A stretch of 64,000 nucleotides of DNA, taken from the NCBI GenBank assembly GCA_028023455.1, contig JAQFVV010000008.1:9610001-9674000 (forward strand), given 5' to 3'. The position numbers and the translations under genes are program-made. The stretch's first letter is position 1. Each line of letters begins with the position of its first letter. The notes beneath the pieces were generated by a model. It saw only the letters and a program-made list of their open reading frames with translations, made no database searches and was not told the origin of the DNA. Positions 51,561 to 64,000 of this stretch are shown one piece after another. Source of the DNA: Epiperipatus broadwayi (lineage: Eukaryota; Animalia; Onychophora).

Positions 51561-54500
51561 TCACAACTATCTCTTAAAAGCTTTTGCATTATTTGTCAAT
51601 CCTAGTAAAGTTTTGAATATATTATGCTATCTTGTTCTTTTATTCATTGATGGAAGCTTTTTGCACCATTTGAATTGATTTTTATAGCAATACCAATCAA
51701 CATCATTATCTAAGATTCTCAAACACCATTCTTCACAACCAGGATCAATTAGATGCATTTTTTTTATATATTGCAACCAGACAAGGTGTATTGGCAGTTG
51801 AATTTGAAGATTTTGCGGAGAATGGAATATATATTGTAACGATATATAAATATGTCGTTACATTAATTTAAAATAAAAACTTAAAAGTTCGCAAATAAAA
51901 GTAAAAAACTAAACGCTAAACTTAAAATGTTTGTTATACGTATATACATTCGCACAGATGCTAAACTTTAAAAATATTTTTTTCATAAACAAAAAAAAAA
52001 AGTATTTGAACGTATTTTTTTAAATAAAAAAATACAAGATTGAAATATAAAAATATTTTAATAAAAAATATAAGTTAAAATAAAAACAGGTATTAATTAA
52101 TTCCTGTAATCTGTAAATGGAAATGATTGTTTGTTAATTATCTAAAAGCTGTTTAATTAAGGGGTCAGATGAAAAGTTAGATAAGAGAAGAAAGAGATTT
52201 TAGCTTGACCAATGGAAGCACTAAGCCTTGGCTTGGACCCTAACGAAAGTGATAGATTAGTGACGTTTTGTTCATTGAATCCTTGTGGATAATATAAAAA
52301 GGGAAATACAGTTTTTTCGGACAGTTCCAGCGTTGTGGATTTGATGAAAACGGTAAGACGCACTTGCCGTTCTCTCTCATTTTTTTGTTTGTTTTAAAAA
52401 AAATAAATATATAAAATGAAAAGACTGTGATACAAGAATGGAACCAGCTAATGCTACCTCCAGAACATTATCTTCCAATGGAGACGTCGCGGGAATTAAA
52501 AAAAGCAGAAACCTAAGCTATATGAAATGAACAATTGTTAAAATCAATCAAGTTTTACAAATTGATAAACAAGCCAACTGAAATGTTAAAACGGACTCTT
52601 ATCTGACTTTTGTAAGTTTTTAAATCAAATTAATAATGTTTAATTTTATATGTTTTCCGATTGATAAACATCATTCCCATTTTTTTTTTCTTATTGTAAA
52701 GATTATTTAAATGTATGAAATTTAAGTTGTTTATAGACGCTTGCATGGATTTGTTTGCGGTTAATTATATTTTGGTTTTCATATTTGATCAAAATATATA
52801 GACATTCGATAAATAATGATACCTTACGGTGAGTATCTAAAATGTATTTATTCGGATGTCTTTTAAGTTATTGGTGACAACGCAAGTATCTTATGGTGAA
52901 TACTATTGGGTTACTTATAAGTTTCCCTCTGCGATTGTCGGTATCAATAATTTTGTATTTTGATCGTTTATGTTTATTTTGAAATGTTTTTGACCGTGGA
53001 ATCTATGTAATCGATCTATACCCAACATTTTTAAACAAATCTGTGCGAACGTATTTAAATGTTAAAATTAAGTCGGGCGTGAATGGCTATATAGTTTTGT
53101 AAAGTTGTATTAAGGGAGGGTAATCTTAGGTTATTCATTTCGTAGTTGAATTGGTTCAATGGATTGGATATATTTGTGTAATTAGTAGATGTAGTATGAG
53201 GTCCGCTACGGGCAGGATTATAGATATACGCCACACACCCTCTGTTTGCCTATGGATGGGTTTGTAAGTCGGCAGAAGACCGCAGTCCATTCCTATGGAG
53301 TTTTTTGTTTACTGTTCTACTTGCCAACAGATGTCACGTTCCTGTTGGTGGAGAGTCAGTGTCTTCCCTAATTCTACTTACTGTTCAGAGGTACTTTCCT
53401 GACAGTATAGTATTTTGTGTTGTCGTATCATGCTACATTGAATACATGAATGTATCAGATAGATTGGCGCCAGTTGATTGCGAAATTTGTTGCCTAGGGT
53501 TAAATCAGGTAAGAATATTTTCTTTTCAAATGCAGACCTATGTAGTCCATTCATACTCGACCCTCTAAATAAATAATAAACTCATTATTTGCAATCTACT
53601 TAAATTTAGAATTAAAGATCAATATAAAATTATAAACGTTAAATTTATTCCTCAAAATTTAAATATTATTTTATATGTGCGTAAATAAATATTTTTATGT
53701 GTTAATTTCTGGCAGTGGCTTTTATTCTTTTATATTTAAGATATAAAATTTATAGATTTTTATCTCTGCGTCTCCGCTGAGCTAGTGACTTGGGCTAACG
53801 GTCGGAATATTTAAAGAAAGTGGAATCTTAACAGCGCGTATCTGCCTACTTTATAAATTTTTCTAGGTTCAAATGCCTAGATGGCGCCCTTGTAGTGCAG
53901 ATATTGTTTTTGCGGTTAGATTCGATCTTCACTTTCATTCCGATTGGTACAATATATATGTTAGGTGAAGTTTGTATATATATAAAATAAATCTTTTATT
54001 TGATTAAACTTAGAAAATTTCTTTTCTTTGAGGCAATACACATTGTGTTTTTTTTTTATACTTTCAATAAAAAAAAAATGCAAATTTAAATAATAAAAGT
54101 GACTACTGATTTTAAATATTTATAAAAGTTCTGCAAAGAGTGACATTGGTAATTAAATATGGCCACGATAGTTATAAGAGAACTTTGAGAACAAAAATCT
54201 AATGAAAAGATAAAAGTTTGAAGAAGAAATTTGGGAGGTGTTCAACGTACACATGCACGATGAGTTTCTGGGTGATATAAAAGAGATGGACATGAATAAA
54301 GGGGTCTTTTTTCTTGGATACGCCGCAAGATGCAGAATTACCCCTTCATAGCTGCTGATATTCAGATGGGCGGCTAGAATGCCTGTACATCGCTGGTCTT
54401 TCCTTTCCCTTGGACATCATTATAATGATTTAGAAGAATGAAGTCGTTACCTGCCTGAAATAGAAACATTGCGTCAAAGCTAGAACTTATCATACCTTAT

Positions 54501-55299
54501 CGCAGAGTAAAAGCCCGAGGATAATATTATTATCAAAGAACTATTTTACTGGACAATCTTACCGGTAAGAAATTAAACTTTGAACTCATAATATTTATTG
54601 AAGTAACTTTTGAAGATATTCCACATATCACGTAAACCATAAAAAAATTAATGGATCATAATGAACTATAAATATGACCCCTGGATTGTTATAATTGTGT
54701 GGTTTTTTTTATTAAAATAAAATAAATATGCACTTAATAAAAATTAAAAAAAGAGAACTACAATGTATCGTTTGTTTAAGCCTCGTAAATATATTCTCTC
54801 AGCGATCTTCTTTGAAAAATTCAACTGTTGATGACAATACACTTTATTGTATTTCAGGTTTATTATTCAGAATATTAAGATATATCTATAATATACTTCC
54901 ATTGTCGATTTAATAGGAATGTCTAAGTAGAATCCTGGTGCATAATAAAAAAATAAATTTAAGCTATTAAAGGCGACAATGTGAAAGTTAGAATCTATTT
55001 TTAATAGATCAAATTATCCTTACTTACACTAAGAAGTAGATAGATAATGCTAACCACCACATATAAAAGTGCTGGTGGGTTTTACAAGAAGGCATGAGTT
55101 AGGTCATTATAATTAGGATCATACTTCCTGGAAATATACAATGCTTACGCTAAAGCTGAAATGGTTATAGGCAATAATGTAGATTAGGTGTGCGTGTGGT
55201 AGGTAACCAATATATTTTTAACAGATATATAAACCTAATCATACACCCGTTCGCGTATAATAAAAATAGATTAGGTAGAAAATGGTACAATGGCGGCCC

Positions 55300-57300
55300 A
55301 AATGATGGGTCTCAAAGAAACCGTGACCCAAGATAGGAGTAATCAACGGGGGAAATAGAATGTTATTAATATATTTACAATTTGGATTGTGAATGCAATA
55401 TATTGCGATAACATATGTGACAATTTTTTTTTCTCAGGCGGCAAACAAGAAAAATTTAATTTGTTAATATATTTTAGTAATAGATTATTTAGTTGAAATA
55501 AAATATAAAAGTTCTTTTGAATAAGGAGAGGGGGTACAGGTAATGAAGTTTTTTTTTTGTCTTTTTCTTCTATCGTTTTGTTAAGTAAGAATAGGGCGGG
55601 AATAACAGACTGTCATAACTATAGAGAAATATGAGTTTTTTTCTCTATCTCCAATGGGGCGAGTGGCGATGCAATATTCAGGCAGCAACCAAAAGTGATG
55701 ATGGGTGAAAAGGGGGATCTGCATATGTTAAGGAGTAAAATAAAATATACAATAAATATTAATAGTGTTAAAGAGTTTGTAAAAGAAAGGAATATATATA
55801 TGTAGATTTTTTTTTGGACACATTGAATATATATATATAGCAGGTGAAAGAAAATATAAAATGATTCTTTAGCAATTCGGTATCATATGTATATATGTAG
55901 TTTTTTTTTTGACACATCGAATATATAGATAGCAGTTCAAGGAAAACAAGATGGAAAATGGTCTAATAACTTGTAATATTATATATATGGTACAAGAAGA
56001 TGAAGCAAGGTTGAACCATACATATAAAAAAAAAAGAATAGATAACCTCATCTGTGAATGGGATGGGGGAACTTAATTTCATATCACAGGAATGCTCTAA
56101 GATTGACATGCACATAAATGATGTAAAAGTATGGGCGCTATTTAATTCTGGCGATCAAATGTCGGTCATATCGGAAAAGATATTCGAGAAGATGGTTCAG
56201 CAACAAACAAATGTCAAAACCTTGCCAGTAAAGGCAGCATAGGTCATGATAGCGAATGAGAGGAGAGCACAGTTGGAGACCAAACAAATATGGGCACAGT
56301 TAAAAATAGGGCAGAGATATGTATATCATACTATACTGATTTTAAAAAGGTTAGTGCATGATGACATTTTGGGTTTGGAATTCATGCACAAAACAGGGTG
56401 TTTAATAGATTATAATCGCAGGAAGGTTATATGTGATGGTGAAATAGTAAATTTTGGGTCAAAAGGTGAGAAATAAAAAAAGGGGTATGTAATATGCAAT
56501 TAGAAAAAGAGAAGGACTCAGTAATAAAACAAAGGGGAGTTGAAACAGACAGGGGATCTCGAAGATCTACATACATATAAGAATGTTTTCTCAGAGAAAC
56601 CGGGGGTAATAAAAGGTTATGAACACCATATCAAAGTAATGGAAGGTACACCATATCAGACATAGTCTTACCCAATGTCCCATCAATATAGGACTGGGGT
56701 AGAGAAACAACTTGATCAAATGGAAGACTGGGGGATAATATCAAAAGCGTCATCCCCATATAATAACAATAATAAAAAAAAGGATAACTCAATAAGACTA
56801 TGCTTAAATGCTAGGCAATTAAATAAAATCACATGGTCTGACCAAAATGTACCTCCGCCAGTTGTTGTTCTAAGGCAAGAAAGTGTTCTCATCATTGGAT
56901 TTGGCTACCAGCTATTGGCAGACAAGGCTGCATTCAGATCATAAATTTACAGCCTTTCGGTACAATGGACACTCGTATCACTTTAATAGGATACTCTTTG
57001 GGTTGAAGAATAATGGATCAGGATTATTAAAATGATTGGACCATGTACTAAAGAAAGAAATAAAGCACTTAGTAACTATGTAAATGAATGATGTTATAAT
57101 TGAATAAAAAAAAAACATGGAAGATCATGTGCAGCACCTGATGTTATTTCTGAAAGCATGTTAGGATGTCTGCAGAAAAGGCAGCAAGCGGATACAGAAG
57201 TGAATTTTTTAGGGCACATGGTCAGTAATAAAGGCATTAAGCCACATCTGGAGAAAATCCAGACTATTAGTAGTCTTAGCAATTTAACATCACTTAAGAC
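55300..57300 (+). mobile_element. Truncated, decayed Ty3/Gypsy LTR retrotransposon (gag end, protease, RT)
   Basis: Protease VWALFNSGDQMSVIS...HDDILGLEFM (56054-56476). RT FSEKPG..GYEHHIKV, QLDQMEDWGIISKASSPY, IRLCLNARQLNK, FNRILFGLKN and EVNFLGHMVSNKGIKP. No RNase H or integrase follows. Confidence 0.85.
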
Positions 57301-57499
57301 TTAAGAGCAAAAATATAATAGTAAATAAAATCAAGTCATATACATATATAATAAACTACTATAGATATTTACCGAGTATTATTCGTTTGGTTATTATACT
57401 CTAATGCACAACTATTCAACCTCCTTTCAGGCATTAAATTTAATATCTATATAAAACACTTAAATTAAATTTGATAGGGTTATAATATTGCAATACAAA

Positions 57500-57880
57500 A
57501 AATATATAAAATTCTTAATTAACCAAATGAACTTCAAAAACGAGAAAACTTATATCTAAAGAAGCCAAATTACTAGAAAAAGAATTAAAATAATAATAAA
57601 CAAAAGTTTTAAAGTAAAATCAAGAAACTTTAACATGAAAAAATGAAGTAAAGATGGAAAATATATGAACTTCAATTAAACCAGAAATATACACTAGTAG
57701 TTAAAAAAAGAAAATCTCCAGTGAAAAGGTTAAATGATACATAAATAGAAAAAAAAATTAATTCATTACTAAAAAAAATCCAATGATAACAATATTACTA
57801 ATTTTAGTGAAAATATTAATAACACAATTTTAAGATGGATCTCTTAGTAAAAGCCTCCTCTTCATTTAAGGAATGAAAAA
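57500..57880 (+). pseudogene. Possible N-terminal remnant of a Penelope-like ORF
   Basis: NITNFSENINNT plus, in a shifted frame, SLSKSLLF resembles the PLE N-terminal NLS...L.KGL.F motif. Lys-rich and full of stops. Confidence 0.25.
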
Positions 57881-60547
57881 AACAAACAAACATACAAATG
57901 GTTATGTCAAAAAGTTTCTGCACACCGCTTATAAGCTTTAAAAAACAAATAAAAACAAAAACTTTCATTCACATAAAATGATAATAAAGTGATATTCTAC
58001 GGTGATATATATTATTATTTTAATTATTTATTTCTTAAGCGCTTTTCGAAGGAGCTATGCCTTCATTTTCAAAGCTATAGATAGAAAGCGATGTTCAATT
58101 CATTTAAACCAACAGATGCAAATTATTTAAATTAGGTCTGCCATTTCTTCAAGATTGCGTAGAACGTGTCTCTTTATTACATATATAAACCACACATTTC
58201 ATTATTTAAGTTACATAAAATGATAATATTGATACATCCATTAAAAACAATCTGAACAGTTTATTTTTTGATAATAAGAAATAGAACACATGCTAAAATT
58301 TTGAATGATAATTAGAGCAAACATTTTTATTATTTCCCAGGGACACCCCAAAAAGAAGATGCAAACAATATACACAACAAGCAACACCATCTTATATTAC
58401 TTAAAATAGAACAAAATAAAAAATAGATCCATTTTACTTCATGTAAAATGAAATGTTGAGTTCTATAATAGCTATATTATTACTGCATTATTTTTCTTTT
58501 CAATGAAAAAATTGTTGAAAAAAATTAGGTCTAGAATATGACTGTAAAGATATATTCATTTCTATCAGAATCCCAATATCTTGTTTTCTTCCCAACAAAA
58601 ATTTTGCAATATATTTATGTACATAAGCACTGGTATCACAAATAATATAAAACTTCATGATGCATTCATAATAAATAAATTTAACTTATTAAGTTATCTC
58701 TATACAAAATGTTTACAAAAAAAATTATTCTGTTAAGACTGTAAATTAGAACCATATAGTAAAGTAAGAATAATTAATCTCCACTGAATTCCTGTAGCCA
58801 TGTCTTAATTAAAAGAAAATTTAATTAATTCAAAAATATTATTTCAAAGTAATTAAAAAATAAAAAGGTAATACATATATTTAGTTAGGTGATGCTCATG
58901 CTAATGACACATCAAAGTGACTAAACAAATTTGAATAAAAATCAGCAAAATAATTATTATTTCTCTGAAATATAAGTGCTATAAAAAGAATATTGATTAT
59001 AAAGCAAAAGCTATTGGGGGAAAAGGGGGGGGGGTATTATTAAATCAAATATTTTTGCAATAATTAAAAAATAATAATTATAGCATTAGAAATTAGAATT
59101 CAATTATTTAATAATCAGGTTAGAAAAATAAAAAATGTAATGAGAATGTTGATGATATTCAATAATTTGGGAAGTAGTAAAAAACTTTAAAAGGCATAGT
59201 TAGTATTGTACAAATATCAAAACAGACAAAACTCCCTATACATATTGCCACTCAGTATTGTACATATACATATAATAAAAAAATTAAATTACAAATATTT
59301 CTCTAAAAAATAATAATGGAAGATTCAAAATAAAGAAGACCGAATCATGTAAATATAATAGAAAACAAAAAGTAATCAAAATAAACAAAAAATTATGCAA
59401 AAATCAAAACATAAAGGGGAATAAAATGCAGCTGTTGATGGAAATAAATATCATTTCATAATAATAAGAGGAAAATAATAATGTCAATGACAACTGAGCA
59501 TGTCAACATAGAAGATAGTAAAATCCTGAGGCATTAATCCTCACTTACTAACTGATTATAAATGAAAAATTTTAGAATTATGGAACTGGTGAAACTTATT
59601 GAATAAATGACATTATATTATTCTTGCCAGCAAAAGTTTTTCTTGCTGCAATTTAAAAGCCTAAAACAGAATTAGGATATATAAATTATTCACAAGCTAT
59701 TATCCTTGGTAAATCTAAGTGCACATGCTTTAGATTTACTAGACTATTTAAAAAAAAAAAAAAAGATATATACAAAGTCAATTTCAGCTCTCTAATCATT
59801 AAATTTTAAGTTAAAAACTTATTCATGATGATTTATTTGAAGTGATAACAAGCAAATAAAAAGTTAAAACAAAGCTAAAAGATTTCAATAGATGTTTCAC
59901 ATAAGATTAAAAAGTTATAAGCCATAGCTATACTTAACTAGAATATTTTAAAAGCAAATCCGAGCACAAATAGAATTCCTGCTAGCAACTGGATAAGAAA
60001 GACCATGTAAGTCAAGCACATTTTTTTCATCTAATATGACAGCTCAAGGAAGAGATCAAAATAAAAAATGAAGATAATATCTCATAAAAACAAATTAAAA
60101 AGAACCAGAAAAAAAAATATAATACTTTAAGGTTGCTTTGTGATGAAATTAGTGAATAGCAACTTGACTAATGATTTGAAATTTCTATGAGACTGGTAAA
60201 AAAACTAGAAAATCATGCTTACTAAGATAATGACATCTATCAATTATCTCTGGAGCAGAGCAAACTAATACTGATAAAATAAACCAAATAGAGACCATGG
60301 ATAAGCCAAACAAAATATTGAGAAGCCATTCAATGACAGAGATAAGAAGAATGTAATATGTAACCTATTGCTAAATCAATTATTATCATGGTCTAGTTCC
60401 ATACTCTAAATACTAAAATTTACTAAAGTGAAAAAAAAGTGTACACTTTTAATAATGAATAAAAAAAAGATAAGCATCTTTAGTGTTACTAAAATTAAGT
60501 TAATAACTGAAATACAAGCTTATTATATACCTGTATCAATATATGTA

Positions 60548-61225
60548 ATATATAGGATATATGAACACAGACTTTCACATGACTCCCCCCTCACCATTCT
60601 ATCTCATATCACTGATACACCTGAACACATGTATATCGATAATATAAATAATCACCAATATACGTATTTCATACTAAACTAGCAATCATCAGTTAGTCCA
60701 GATTATCATCTCTACACATATATGCAATAAGTGATCAGATATATATTAAGATAGCCAATCTTCATACTTTAATGGACAGGCTGCCTGTATTTCAGTTATT
60801 ACATAATAGAGATGTCTGCCCATCCCTTGTATATGTATCAAATGGATTATGTCCTGTACGTGAGGGGTCAGATTGACTTTATATCAACATGAGTGTGACA
60901 AGAATCTCAGCCTCAGAGTGGCCTTTGAGCATTCCATCATCAGATTTTCAATTGGATGGATGGTTGAAGAGTTGGAATATGGAGTGGATTGAAGCCTGTT
61001 CATTAAAGTATGAAGATTGGTTATCTTAATATATATCTGAGCACTTATTGTATATATGTGTAGAGATGATAATCTGGACCAACTGATGATTGCTGGTTTA
61101 GCATGAAATATGGATATTGGTGATTATTTATCTTTTCGACATATATGTGTTCAGGTGTATCAGTGATATGAGATAGTGGTGAATGATGGGTCATGTGAAA
61201 GTCTGTGCTCATATACCCTATATAT
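60548..61225. mobile_element. Fold-back built from a Penelope-like 3' end (GIY-YIG tail arms around a 3' UTR spacer)
   Basis: 60548-60781 and 60994-61225 are inverted copies. The minus strand from 61225 gives RVYEHRLSHDP...SIFHAKPA...LHTLMNRLQ, resembling the GIY-YIG second half. CTGATGA lies at 60943-60937(-). Confidence 0.6.
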
Positions 61226-61383
61226 AAAATTAAGTTAAGAAAAATTAATCTGACTAATATATTAACAGCTAGATATTATTATTGCATATCTCTAGAATGT
61301 CAGGTTTGGAGGCCAATGAAAATATATAAAAAAAAGATATTAGTGGCATTAGTGCAATATGCAATGTGGTCAATATGTTGGTA

Positions 61384-61524
61384 AAATACTACAGGCTATC
61401 CTAATGCACAAATAAAGTATCAAAGTCCCAACACTGTGATGGAGGATTTGTCAAATACTACAGGCTATCCTAATGCACAAATAAAGTATCAAAGTCCCAA
61501 CATTGTGATGGAGGATTTGTCAAA
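61384..61524. repeat. Near-perfect 69-bp tandem duplication
   Basis: aaatactacaggctatcc...gatggaggatttgtc occurs at 61384 and 61453 with one mismatch. Confidence 0.95.
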
Positions 61525-62604
61525 GGAACTGTTTTGATTAGATATTCCTATTTAAATTTTGAGGCTTCTTATAGTCAAATGCCCTTATATTATGTCAATT
61601 ACAGAATTGCTTTTTTATGGTAAATTTTGATTAGTGATTATCCAATGATAAATATATGGTATTTGTTATTTTTCAAATAATCAGTATATACAAGCAATAG
61701 TGATAGCATCTTGTAATTAATGCAAGTCTACAAACAGAAATTTTGATAATGTCATATTTCTGCAGATTTGATATGATAATAAACAAAATACAAGATTGAT
61801 CATAATGAAGTACGCATCAAAAATTCAATGAAAATATAATGTACATATTAATAGGTGTATTACGTTTTCTGCCTGAACTAAACAATAAAATATGATCATT
61901 ATTAGCGATATTTTGCCATATTCTCAAAACAATTTACTCTAGTATCTCAATTTTAGAACAAATTAAATAATGTCATAAAATGTTATGTTATTGTGCAAGG
62001 TAGATTAAAATGGTCTACTTAGAATTTCATATTTTCCAAGCAAGAATTAATTGCTAATGCCCTTTATATTTGTGTATGAGATTGTAGGTTGTATCAACTA
62101 GCAGCTACATAAATTTAAAAAAAATAGTTAAGTACATTTATGGAAATAAGAAAAATTGGAGATGAAATTATAAAGGGATTCCATTTTTGTACCAAAATAT
62201 ATAAACAGATGCAAGACCATCAGAGCAGTAGGATCATGGCGATTGTCAACAAATGATATAATAGATAATATACCATAAGACTCCATAAAATGCAGAGTTT
62301 GTGATCCCTAGATTGGATAGTGACAGCCCATTTTTCAATACAGTATAGACATATACTATGCCATATCTAACTACATGACTTCAATTATATGCTATCCAAA
62401 AAAAAAAATAAACAAATAAAAAAAATATTAAAATTCACAAATTTTATGATATTTAAGCAACCATTTTTCCTTTTCTCTATGAGCAATACACAATTAAATA
62501 TAAATTAATAAATTTTAAACAGGCAAAACTCTCCATGCATAAGAGATGGTGATCATGTGATGTTTAATGGTTTAACACCAATCCTGCCTAATAAATTTTA
62601 TTAG

Positions 62605-62790
62605 GTTTATGTTGAAACAAATACATTTTATTCTTCCTTTATCATCCTTCCCAAATTTGACATGTAATATTTTTTCTTCTTTTTGTACAGTACACAATAA
62701 TATATATTAATACATTTTATTTTGTTTATGTTGAAAGTACATACATTTTATTGTTCCTTTATTATCCTTTTCAAATTTGACAAGCAGTAT
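62605..62790. repeat. Imperfect local duplication of about 65 bp
   Basis: tttatgttgaaa..atacattttatt.ttcctttat.atcctt...aaatttgaca occurs at about 62606 and 62726. Confidence 0.75.
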
Positions 62791-63004
62791 TTTGTGTAAT
62801 AAAATCATTTCTAAGCTAAATACTCTAAGTTTTACAAAATTTTAGAATTAAAAAAAAAATTTCCTAGAGTATATTTAAATAGTGAGAAAAACCAAACATT
62901 TCACTATTTACTTTATTTTAAAAATAAGAATACAATAGTTAGATTTTTTCTTACTTTTATTATTTCAGTGAATATACGAGTGAATACACTCAAAATATAT
63001 GTAA

Positions 63005-64000
63005 ATGTGTACCCTTAATTTACTATTAAAAATTATGGAAGATAAGAAGAAATTAAATTATTTATTGAATAAACAATTATATGATATAAAAACTTCTAAG
63101 CAAGAATATAAATATAGAAGGATTACTAAAGAAATAAGAAATATATGTAAAAATGAAAACATAACAATATGTAAAGAGGATAAAAGTAGTAGATTTGTGG
63201 TTTTATATTCTAAGGATTATTTAGATAGGATAGAGTGTGAAATAAAAAAAGAAGGATATGAAGGATTATCAAAAGATCCTATTAACATGATAAAAAATAA
63301 ATATATAAAATTATTACAAAAGATGGAAAGGAAAAAAATTATTAATACATATCAATATAAACATTTATATCCTTCTTCTTATGAGAACCCATATTTATTT
63401 ACTAAGGTAAAAACTCATAAAGAAAATAATCCATTGAGATTATTATTTAATTTTACTAATTTTATTCTACAAAGATTTTGTAAGTATTTAAATAAGTGGA
63501 TAGTAAATATTATTGGTTATGTGGAGTTTTGCATTAAAAATACAGAGGCTATTATAAATAAGTTAAATATGATAAAATTGAATAGAAACCAAAGTATATT
63601 TGTAAAGGATATTGAAAAGATGTATCCTAGCATTCCAAGAACAAAAAGTATAGAAATATTAATACAGAAGTTATATATGCATATTAATGATATTGAGGTA
63701 ATTAATATTATTGAAGAAGGTTTAATTTTGATACATAATAGTTTGTATTTTAAATATAATAGTGAATATTGGAGTATACATAAGGGGTGGGTAATGGGGT
63801 GTGCAATTAGTGGATTAATGTCATCAATATTCATCAATGAAATGGAAATGAAAATTGTTAATAGTAGAATAGAAAATCAAGATATAATACATTACTTTAG
63901 ATATGTTGATGATATATTAATAATTGGTAATAAAAGAGCTATAAAGAAAACATACAATGAACTTAATAATAATATGGATAATATAAAATTTACAATTATA
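63005..64000 (+). CDS. Penelope-like element reverse transcriptase, open frame running off the window end
   Basis: Hand translation from ATG 63005 gives 332 codons with no stop: ITICKEDKSSRFVV, LSKDP, KVKTHKENNPLR, VKDIEKMYPSIP, KGWVMGCAISGLMSSIFINEME, YFRYVDDILII (YVDD at 63902-63913) and NIKFTI. These are PLE RT blocks in the expected order. Confidence 0.92.
   Translation, partial: MCTLNLLLKIMEDKKKLNYLLNKQLYDIKTSKQEYKYRRITKEIRNICKNENITICKEDKSSRFVVLYSKDYLDRIECEIKKEGYEGLSKDPINMIKNKYIKLLQKMERKKIINTYQYKHLYPSSYENPYLFTKVKTHKENNPLRLLFNFTNFILQRFCKYLNKWIVNIIGYVEFCIKNTEAIINKLNMIKLNRNQSIFVKDIEKMYPSIPRTKSIEILIQKLYMHINDIEVINIIEEGLILIHNSLYFKYNSEYWSIHKGWVMGCAISGLMSSIFINEMEMKIVNSRIENQDIIHYFRYVDDILIIGNKRAIKKTYNELNNNMDNIKFTII

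Noticed and set aside
50083-53501. GGG-TTAA sites as piggyBac termini
   Set aside because: Both sites are right-end type, they do not match each other, and I found no TTAA-CCC partner.
53465-53890. tggcgcc motifs as primer-binding sites
   Set aside because: Neither directly follows a clear LTR-terminal CA, and the match is only 7-8 nt.
2222-60682. Remaining 60-116-aa ORFs in the track (for example 2222, 5749, 6176, 14459, 27074, 38826, 47317)
   Set aside because: Low-complexity F/I/L/K-rich products expected by chance in AT-rich DNA, or shadows of TE frames.
61384-61524. CRISPR-like repeat
   Set aside because: Two adjacent copies with no spacer, in a eukaryotic context.
63517-63837. 106-aa hydrophobic minus-strand ORF
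   Set aside because: Antisense shadow of the PLE RT frame.

Overview
Very AT-rich eukaryotic DNA, most likely invertebrate intronic or intergenic sequence. I could not identify a host protein-coding exon, rRNA, intact tRNA or CRISPR array with confidence. The window is mostly decayed transposable elements: Penelope-like elements (PLEs) at three or four places, three Merlin (ISXO2-like) DNA transposons, two TA-flanked Tc1/pogo-type MITEs, a piggyBac transposase pseudogene, a truncated Ty3/Gypsy pol, L1/Tx1-, RTE- and RLE-type LINE fragments, short tRNA-derived SINE-like repeats and unclassified LTR-like blocks. The only long open frame is a PLE reverse transcriptase (63005 to the window end, 332 codons, YVDD motif). 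It is missing from the supplied ORF track, probably because it has no stop codon inside the window. The most unusual feature is the number of fold-back structures. Two are PLE 3'-end palindromes carrying hammerhead-like cores (634-2027, 60548-61225). A third is a four-copy mirror array of an unclassified ~362-bp unit with a pseudoknot-like pairing pattern and a 10-bp hairpin (40048-41372). All family assignments come from motif recognition by eye, not database searches.
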